DNA of 36,936 nucleotides from Bacteroidales bacterium (lineage in GTDB: Bacteria > Bacteroidota > Bacteroidia > Bacteroidales > UBA7960), in NCBI GenBank assembly GCA_003555385.1, contig PWHO01000102.1, positions 1-36,936 on the forward strand, in the 5' to 3' direction. A program made the translations under genes and the position numbers. The stretch's first letter is position 1, and the number at the start of each line of letters is the position of its first letter. A model generated the notes under the pieces. The model worked only from the letters and a program-made list of their open reading frames with translations, did not search any database and was not told the DNA's origin. Of this stretch, positions 17,129 through 23,447 are shown piece after piece.

Positions 17129-18601
17129 ATGAATCACACCATGAAAACAATCCAATTATTCCTATTGTCAGCAGTGCTTATTTTTTCTGCCACATTTTCC
17201 GCAACAGGGAACCCCGCAGCAGAAACCGCTGACAGCAAAGAACAACGACAAGTTGATCCATTCACCGGAGTTTCGGCAGGAAGCGTATTTGAAGTTTATC
17301 TGACCCAGGGAAACAATTACCACCTTGAGGTAGAGGCACCGGCAGAGCGCATGCAACAAATCCGGACTGTGGTGGAAGATGACGTGCTCATCATAGAATT
17401 TACCGGACGGGAAAGAAACCTGAGAGACCTGAAGGTACACGTAACTGCCCCTTCCCTTGAATACCTGCATGCGGGTGGGGCCTCTTCCATGAAGGGACAA
17501 AACATCCTCACTGCACCGGTCATGGAGCTTAAGGTTTCAGGGGCGGCCAGCATGGATGTGGAAGTGGTCACAGAGCAACTGACCACCGAAATCAGTGGTG
17601 CAACCGGCATTTCCCTGGCCGGAGAGGCTACCGAACATTACCTGAAAGCAAGTGGCGTTTCCCGCGTACGTGCATACGGTCTGGAGACCAGCTACACCGA
17701 TGTGAACAGTTCCGGCACTTCCAACATTCGCATCAACGCGAAAAACAAGCTGACCGCCAATGCCAGCGGTACTTCCACCGTTACCGTAAGGGGCAATCCG
17801 GCAGACACGAACTACACAACCTCAGGCACAGCTTCTGTAAGGGGAGTCAACAACAATGCCACCTCTGCAGAGGAAAAAGAATCCACCGTGATCAGGGTGG
17901 GGGGCACCGAAGTGGTGATGTCAGATGGCCAGCGACCAACTATAAAGCGGTGGCGGGGTCCCTGGAAGAACAACTGGAGCGGGCTCTATATCGGCCTCAA
18001 CGGATATTCCGATTCAGGGGTTAAAACCAGCCTGCCTGACAAGTACCATTTCATGGAGCTGGATTATAACAAATCCATGCAGGTAAACCTGAACATGTTC
18101 CACCAGAACGTTGTGCTCGCCAGGGGTAACAGGAGTATGTTCGGGCTGGTAAGTGGGCTGGGCATTCAATGGAACAACTATCACCTGTCGAACGACTATA
18201 TCCTCATGCACCAGGAAGAAGGCCTGACCCATATGCACTCAGAATACAGTTTGAGCACCAACAGGCTCAGGGTATTTCAGTTGAATGTGCCAGTGATGAT
18301 GGAATACCAGATCCGTGAAGATTATGGCCCCAACCGGTTTCACATATCGGCAGGCATCCAGGGTGGTTACCGCCTCAGAAGCCATACCAAGGTAGAATAC
18401 CGGGATTCAGACGGAAATAAGCAACGTGACCGGGCCAGGGAGGATTTTCACCTGGTACCCATCCGGCTTGATGCCATCGGGCAGATCGGCTGGGGGCGCT
18501 TAAACTTTTTTGCCACTTATTCGTTGAACTCTATGTTCAAAGACGACAGGGGGCCGGATATCCATCCTTTCAGTATCGGAATCAGGCTTCTGAGTTTATA
18601 A
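17129..18601 (+). CDS. secreted protein with an N-terminal DUF2807 (GIN, beta-helix-like) domain fused to a C-terminal outer-membrane beta-barrel-like domain
   Basis: Signal peptide present; an alternative start is at 17141. Repeated SG(A/T)S strands (GGASSM, SGAASM, SGATGI, SGVSRV, SGTSNI, SGTSTV, SGTASV). The C-terminal half has alternating aromatic/hydrophobic strands and ends in FSIGIRLLSL. Confidence 0.7.
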   Translation: MNHTMKTIQLFLLSAVLIFSATFSATGNPAAETADSKEQRQVDPFTGVSAGSVFEVYLTQGNNYHLEVEAPAERMQQIRTVVEDDVLIIEFTGRERNLRDLKVHVTAPSLEYLHAGGASSMKGQNILTAPVMELKVSGAASMDVEVVTEQLTTEISGATGISLAGEATEHYLKASGVSRVRAYGLETSYTDVNSSGTSNIRINAKNKLTANASGTSTVTVRGNPADTNYTTSGTASVRGVNNNATSAEEKESTVIRVGGTEVVMSDGQRPTIKRWRGPWKNNWSGLYIGLNGYSDSGVKTSLPDKYHFMELDYNKSMQVNLNMFHQNVVLARGNRSMFGLVSGLGIQWNNYHLSNDYILMHQEEGLTHMHSEYSLSTNRLRVFQLNVPVMMEYQIREDYGPNRFHISAGIQGGYRLRSHTKVEYRDSDGNKQRDRAREDFHLVPIRLDAIGQIGWGRLNFFATYSLNSMFKDDRGPDIHPFSIGIRLLSL

Positions 18602-18636
18602 TATTATTCGCTTCATGTTTGTTGTTGGTTTTAAAA

Positions 18637-18666
18637 GGGACGGTTTTACTGCCGTCCCTTTTTTTA
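18637..18666 (+). terminator. intrinsic terminator after the DUF2807 gene
   Basis: GGGACGG (18637..18643) / CCGTCCC (18652..18658) hairpin followed by TTTTTTTA. An A-tract upstream could allow bidirectional function. Confidence 0.7.
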
Positions 18667-18686
18667 TTTTAAGAAGCAGAAATGCT

Positions 18687-18694
18687 TATTTTTG
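18687..18694 (+). promoter_or_regulatory. candidate -7 box (TATTTTTG) for yebC
   Basis: Exact TAnnTTTG, 19 nt upstream of the ATG at 18713. It overlaps the TTG at 18692, which argues against that upstream start. Confidence 0.4.
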
Positions 18695-18712
18695 CAAAAA
18701 ACGATATCAGCC

Positions 18713-19468
18713 ATGTCAGGTCACAGCAAATGGTCAACCATTAAGCGCAAGAAAGGCGCACAGGACGCCAAACGGTCTAAGATCTTTTCGCGCATCATTA
18801 AAGAAATCAATATTGCCGTCAGGGAAGGAGGCAACGACCCGGAAGGGAACCCCAGGCTTCGACTGGCCATTGCCAATGCCAAAGGAGCAAATATGCCCAA
18901 AGACAATATTCAGCGGGCCATTTCCAAAGCAGGTGACAAAAATGCCGCAAATTTCCAGGAGGTAACTTATGAGGGTTACGCAAACGACGGGGTTGCCATC
19001 TATGTGGAATGCCTCACCGACAATGTGCAGCGCACGGTAGCCAACATAAGAAGCTATTTCAATAAACACAACGGCAAACTGGAAACAAAAGGTGCGCTGA
19101 GTTTCTTGTTCGACCGCAAGGGCGTATTCACCATCCCAGAAAAGACCTTCCGAGAAAAGTCAATGGATGAGGATGAGTTTTTAATGGAGGTAATTGATGC
19201 AGGAGCCGAAGAAACAGAGAGTGAAGATGAATTCCTGACCATTTATACCGCTATGGAAGATTTCGGCTCTATGGCCAAAAAACTGGAAGAGCTTGGCATT
19301 GAGGCCGAAAACGCAGAACTGCAAAGAATTCCAAAAACCACGGTTAAGCTTGACAAGGAAGCGGCTCAAAAGGTGCTGAAGCTGATCGACACCTTTGAGG
19401 ATGACGATGATGCACAGAATGTATTCCACAACCTGGAATTCACCGAGGAGCTTATGCAGGAAATGTAG
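18713..19468 (+). CDS. yebC: YebC/PmpR-family DNA-binding transcriptional regulator
   Basis: Canonical N-terminus MSGHSKWSTIKRKKGAQDAKRSKIFSR. About 250 aa. Acidic C-terminal domain. Confidence 0.95.
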   Translation: MSGHSKWSTIKRKKGAQDAKRSKIFSRIIKEINIAVREGGNDPEGNPRLRLAIANAKGANMPKDNIQRAISKAGDKNAANFQEVTYEGYANDGVAIYVECLTDNVQRTVANIRSYFNKHNGKLETKGALSFLFDRKGVFTIPEKTFREKSMDEDEFLMEVIDAGAEETESEDEFLTIYTAMEDFGSMAKKLEELGIEAENAELQRIPKTTVKLDKEAAQKVLKLIDTFEDDDDAQNVFHNLEFTEELMQEM

Positions 19469-19543
19469 GGTCACCCAGTTGGTTACCCGGCTGGTTGCCC
19501 GACACAACGGGCTTCCCTGCCTGGCGGATTACCCGACAATAAG

Positions 19544-21322
19544 TCAAAAATCGGGGATGGCCCCGATGAGTTTTTTGGTATACGCTTCACGCGGGCTGGC
19601 GTATAAGCTATCTGCCTCACCGCTTTCAACGATCCGGCCGTCTTTCATCACAATAATTCTGTCAGACATAAATTTGACCACCGCCAGGTCGTGAGAAATA
19701 AAAATATAGGTAAGCCCGTACTCCCTTTTCAGGTCATTCAGAAGGTTCAGGACTTTTGCCTGCACAGACACGTCAAGGGCGGAAACCGATTCATCGCAAA
19801 TAATGAACTCAGGGTTCATTGCCAGAGCTCTGGCAATGCAGATCCGCTGTCGCTGTCCGCCGGAAAAGGCGTGCGGATAACGGTCAAAATGCCAGGCTTC
19901 CAGACCCACTTTTTCCAGCAGTTCAACGACGCGTGCTTTTCTTTCCCTGTTGTTCTTCAGCATACCGTGCACCTGCATCGGCTCCATAATGGCCCGACCG
20001 ACACTCATCCCCGGTGATAGCGAAGCATAGGGATCCTGAAAAATGATCTGGAACCGTGTCCTCAGCCTTCTGAGCTCACCTGATGACATCTTTGACAAGT
20101 CAACTCCCTTGTACACCACGTCCCCGGAGTCCGGGCGGATCAATTGCATAATGGTTCTGCCCAGGGTGGTTTTGCCGCATCCCGACTCACCAACAAGTCC
20201 GAGGGTTTCTCCCCGGTATACCTGAAAGCTGACATCCGCCACTGCCACATGATGCTCAAGCGGCCGGCCAAGCATATTTCTGCGGGTAATGAAACGGGTG
20301 AAAAGGTTTTTGATCTCCAGCACGGGCTCTTTTTCCCTGGCCCTGTCTCCGGATGGCCTGACCCTGTCTCCGGATGGCCTGACCCTGTCTCCGGATTGCC
20401 GGGCCGCGGCAGCACCTGATGACTCGGCCCCCGGCGGTGATTGGATGATTTCATGATCCGAAGACTTTTCACCCATAAAATCTTCCACCACGGCCAGCCT
20501 GGCCGGTCTTTCTTCCAGGGACGGGCGGCAGGCCAGCAGGGCGCGGGTATAGGGGTTCGATGGTTCATTGAGCACCCTGGAAGCCGGCCCCTCCTCCATC
20601 ACCCGGCCATTTCGCATGACGCAAATTTTCCCGGCGACCTGCGCAATCACCCCCAGGTCATGTGAAATGAACATCACCGCCATTTTGTGCCTTTCCTGCA
20701 AACTCTGCAGCAGTTCCAGGATATCTTGCTGCACGGTTACATCCAGGGCCGTAGTGGGTTCGTCGGCAATAAGCAGTGCCGGGTCACATGCCATGGCCAT
20801 GGCGATCATCACCCGTTGCTTTTGCCCCCCGGACAGCTCATGCGGCCAGGCCTGATAAACTTTTTCCGGCCGGGGCAAGCGTACCTCTCTGAATAATTCA
20901 AGGGCTTTTTTTCTGGCGCCGGAAGCATTGCTCCGGCGATGCCACAATATACTCTCTGCCACCTGCGGCCCGCAGCGCTTTACCGGATTCAGCGAAGTCA
21001 TCGGTTCCTGGAAGATCATGGCCATGTGCCGGCCACGCAGCGACTGTATATCCTGATCGCCCAGGTCAGGGAGGTTTATCATTCCTTTTTCAGGATGATC
21101 AAACCAGATCTCTCCGGATCTGATACGGGCTGTACTTCTGCTGAGCAGCCGCATCACGGCAAGAGCTGTGACAGATTTTCCCGACCCGGATTCACCCACC
21201 AAACCGAGCACTTCGCCTGGAAATAATTCCAGCGAAACTCCTTCTACGGCAGAGACAATTTCATCTCCCGTATCAAATACGACAGAAAGGTCCCTGATGG
21301 ATAAAATCGGGTTTTTATTCAT
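19544..21322 (-). CDS. ABC transporter ATP-binding protein with two fused ATPase domains (Dpp/Opp-type, GsiA/YejF-like)
   Basis: Start taken at MNKNPILSIRDL (ATG at 21322); the ORF track extends it to 21607. NBD1: GESGSGKS, LSGGQKQR, LLIADEPTTALD. NBD2: GESGCGKTT, FSGGQRQR, FIICDESVSALD. Both domains carry oligopeptide-type C-terminal tails (NPYTRALL, EAYTKKLI). Confidence 0.9.
   Translation of the reverse strand: MNKNPILSIRDLSVVFDTGDEIVSAVEGVSLELFPGEVLGLVGESGSGKSVTALAVMRLLSRSTARIRSGEIWFDHPEKGMINLPDLGDQDIQSLRGRHMAMIFQEPMTSLNPVKRCGPQVAESILWHRRSNASGARKKALELFREVRLPRPEKVYQAWPHELSGGQKQRVMIAMAMACDPALLIADEPTTALDVTVQQDILELLQSLQERHKMAVMFISHDLGVIAQVAGKICVMRNGRVMEEGPASRVLNEPSNPYTRALLACRPSLEERPARLAVVEDFMGEKSSDHEIIQSPPGAESSGAAAARQSGDRVRPSGDRVRPSGDRAREKEPVLEIKNLFTRFITRRNMLGRPLEHHVAVADVSFQVYRGETLGLVGESGCGKTTLGRTIMQLIRPDSGDVVYKGVDLSKMSSGELRRLRTRFQIIFQDPYASLSPGMSVGRAIMEPMQVHGMLKNNRERKARVVELLEKVGLEAWHFDRYPHAFSGGQRQRICIARALAMNPEFIICDESVSALDVSVQAKVLNLLNDLKREYGLTYIFISHDLAVVKFMSDRIIVMKDGRIVESGEADSLYASPREAYTKKLIGAIPDF
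20341..20397. repeat. 21-bp tandem repeat, 2 perfect copies plus a 15-nt partial third copy, in frame in the ABC inter-domain linker
   Basis: CCCTGTCTCCGGATGGCCTGA at 20341..20361 and 20362..20382, then CCCTGTCTCCGGATT. On the minus strand this encodes SGDRVRP SGDRVRP SGDRA. Confidence 0.95.
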
Positions 21323-21342
21323 GGCAATACCGGAATGTTCAG

Positions 21343-21350
21343 CAAACTTA
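21343..21350 (-). promoter_or_regulatory. candidate -7 box (TAAGTTTG) for the ABC ATPase gene
   Basis: The plus strand reads CAAACTTA, 21 nt upstream of the minus-strand ATG at 21322. This supports the shorter gene model. Confidence 0.35.
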
Positions 21351-21414
21351 CAAAATCTAACTGTCCGCAGATGAATATTTTTCCGGCAGTGCATGAAGCT
21401 ATAAACAGAAGCAT

Positions 21415-21422
21415 TATCTTTG
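21415..21422 (+). promoter_or_regulatory. candidate -7 box (TATCTTTG) for the lipoprotein/hydrolase/queD cluster
   Basis: Exact TAnnTTTG, 37 nt upstream of the ATG at 21459. Confidence 0.35.
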
Positions 21423-21458
21423 TAGTTATTGAAGGAAAACGAACTACTCAAAACAAAA

Positions 21459-22055
21459 ATGTTTATGAAGAACTTGTCTTTATCAGTAATCCTGGCACTT
21501 ATTTTTCTGGCATCTTCCTGCGGGCCCCGACAGGAACAGGCAGAAGAGACCTCGGAACCCCTCATGGAAGAATTGATCTCGGAAAACCACCGGGCATTTT
21601 TCAACAACCTGGCCAGGTTGTGCGGAGAATCATTCGCCGGGGAGCAAATTTACCGCAGCCACCATGCCTCAGGATGGGAAGACTACGAAATGACAATGCA
21701 TGTGGAAGTCTGCGAAAGCGACCGCATCCTGATCCCGTTCCATGTTGGTGAAGACCAGTCGCGGACCTGGATGTTCCTGATTGAAGACGGCAGTCTGCGA
21801 TTCCGCCACGACCACCGCTACCCTGACGGAACTCCGGAGGAAGAAAGTTTATATGGGGGTTATGCTGACGATTCCGGCACAGCTTTTGTGCAACACTTCC
21901 CGGCGGACCAATATACCGCTGAACTTATTGACGGAGGAGAGGGAAATGTGTGGACGGTCAGCATGGATGAAGCCTTCACCACATTCACTTATCGCCTGGA
22001 AAGAGACGGGGAAAAACGCCTTCGGGTGGATTTTGACCTGACAAACCCATTGTAA
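21459..22055 (+). CDS. lipoprotein of unknown function (paralog of 16373..16948)
   Basis: Start taken at MFMKNLSLSVILALIFLASSC (lipobox); the ORF track starts at TTG 21429. Shares long identical blocks with the other copy. Confidence 0.8.
   Translation: MFMKNLSLSVILALIFLASSCGPRQEQAEETSEPLMEELISENHRAFFNNLARLCGESFAGEQIYRSHHASGWEDYEMTMHVEVCESDRILIPFHVGEDQSRTWMFLIEDGSLRFRHDHRYPDGTPEEESLYGGYADDSGTAFVQHFPADQYTAELIDGGEGNVWTVSMDEAFTTFTYRLERDGEKRLRVDFDLTNPL
21747..21775. repeat. 29-nt perfect inverted match to 16653..16681
   Basis: GGTGAAGACCAGTCGCGGACCTGGATGTT, encoding GEDQSRTWMF in both paralogs. Confidence 0.9.
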
Positions 22056-22062
22056 ATTAAAC

Positions 22063-22947
22063 ATGAAAGATAATACAGAAGGGATTACAGAAGACGTTTA
22101 CCGAACAGCAAAAGAGCAGCAGGAGAAGGAGCAGAAAGCAGTACTTCCTGATGGAAGGAGGTTATTCTATAAAATATATCCCAACTCGCCTGATGCCCCC
22201 TGGTTAACACTCGTCCACGGTGTCGGAGGCAGTTCCATTATCTGGTTCAAGCAGATTCGTGAATTTTCGAAACATTTCAATGTGCTTGTGGTAGACCTCA
22301 GGGGGCACGGCCGGTCCCGTGACCTGTTCTCTGCATATATGGGCAAGGAGTACACTTTTGAGGATATCAGTACCGATGTGCTGCAGGTGCTGGAACATCT
22401 GAACATCAAAAAAAGTCACTTCATGGGGGTTTCACTGGGAACCATATTGATCCGCGTAATTGCGGAAATGGAACCTGAGCGGGGGGAGTCAATGACCCTG
22501 GCCGGAGCCATTACCCGGTTGAACATTCGTTCCCGTTTCCTGGTATGGGTGGCCAAGGTTTTCAAGCCGGTAATTCCTTTCATGTGGCTTTACCGCCTGT
22601 TTGCCAGAATTTTAATGCCCAGCAAACGGCACAGGGAAAGCCGTTACCTGTTCATTAAAGAAGCACAGAAACTTTACCGGCGTGAGATCAATCGCTGGTT
22701 TAAACTGCTGAAGGATGTCAACCCATTGCTGCAGTACCAGGTGGAGCAAAATCCGGAAATCCCTACCCTTTACCTGATGGGCGATGAAGACCACCTATTT
22801 CTGCAACCGGTAAAAGAACTGGTCAGGGAAAACAAGATGGCATCACTCATCACCATAGAAAATTCGGGGCATATCTGCAATGTAGACCAGCCACATATTT
22901 TTAATAAGCATGCCATACAGTTTCTGAAACAAACCACTGCCGCATAG
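22063..22947 (+). CDS. alpha/beta-fold hydrolase
   Basis: HGVGGSS oxyanion region, nucleophile elbow GVSLG, acid in GDEDH, and His in NSGHICN. It starts 7 nt after the lipoprotein gene. Confidence 0.85.
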   Translation: MKDNTEGITEDVYRTAKEQQEKEQKAVLPDGRRLFYKIYPNSPDAPWLTLVHGVGGSSIIWFKQIREFSKHFNVLVVDLRGHGRSRDLFSAYMGKEYTFEDISTDVLQVLEHLNIKKSHFMGVSLGTILIRVIAEMEPERGESMTLAGAITRLNIRSRFLVWVAKVFKPVIPFMWLYRLFARILMPSKRHRESRYLFIKEAQKLYRREINRWFKLLKDVNPLLQYQVEQNPEIPTLYLMGDEDHLFLQPVKELVRENKMASLITIENSGHICNVDQPHIFNKHAIQFLKQTTAA

Positions 22948-22961
22948 AAAGCCGCACAGCA

Positions 22962-23435
22962 ATGAGCAACGAACCCATCATACGACTCACCAAAGAATTT
23001 CATTTTGAAGCGGCGCATGCCCTCTGGAATTACGATGGGCCCTGCCGGAACATCCACGGACACAGTTATCGTTTGTTTGTAACTGTCAGAGGCAAGCCTG
23101 CTGCCGGTGAGGGGAACCCCAAACAGGGCATGCTGATAGATTTTTCCGTACTTAAGAAAATTGTCAACGAGTTGATTATCGACCCCTTCGATCACGCCCT
23201 GATGATCAATGCCGGTACACCTCACCTGGATATGGCCAGAAACAGCGAACTTTACGGAAAACTGGTTCCCCTTCCATACCAGCCAACCTGTGAAAACATG
23301 ATCCGGGATTTTGCATCAAAGATCCGCAAAGCCTTGCCGGAGGAAGTGCAGCTTCACTCTCTTCGACTGCATGAAACCGCCACTGCTTATGCGGAATGGC
23401 ATGCCGAAGACAACCCGGAGGGGCCGGGAGACTAA
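22962..23435 (+). CDS. queD: 6-carboxytetrahydropterin synthase / 6-pyruvoyl-tetrahydropterin synthase family protein (QueD-like)
   Basis: FHFEAAHAL plus Cys-x3-His-Gly-His (PCRNIHGHSY), followed by DHALMIN. 157 aa. Confidence 0.8.
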   Translation: MSNEPIIRLTKEFHFEAAHALWNYDGPCRNIHGHSYRLFVTVRGKPAAGEGNPKQGMLIDFSVLKKIVNELIIDPFDHALMINAGTPHLDMARNSELYGKLVPLPYQPTCENMIRDFASKIRKALPEEVQLHSLRLHETATAYAEWHAEDNPEGPGD

Positions 23436-23447
23436 GAGACCACCCAT

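Noticed and set aside
19481-19538. Degenerate short repeats GGTTACCCG / GGTTGCCCGACA / GGATTACCCGACA between the convergent yebC and ABC genes
   Set aside because: Only 9-12 nt long and imperfect. The only hairpin (GCCCG/CGGGC) is weak and lacks a T-tract, so this is insufficient for a repeat element or terminator call.
19544-21322. The double-ATPase protein as an ABC-F translation factor
   Set aside because: Both domains carry Dpp/Opp-type C-terminal extensions (NPYTRALL, EAYTKKLI), and the linker is low-complexity rather than the helical ABC-F linker. A GsiA/YejF-like importer ATPase fits better.
21323-21607. 95-residue N-terminal extension of the ABC ATPase ORF
   Set aside because: The extension is not ABC-like and overlaps the divergent lipoprotein gene and its promoter. 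The canonical ABC N-terminus MNKNPILSIRDL starts at 21322, and a TAAGTTTG box sits 21 nt upstream of it.
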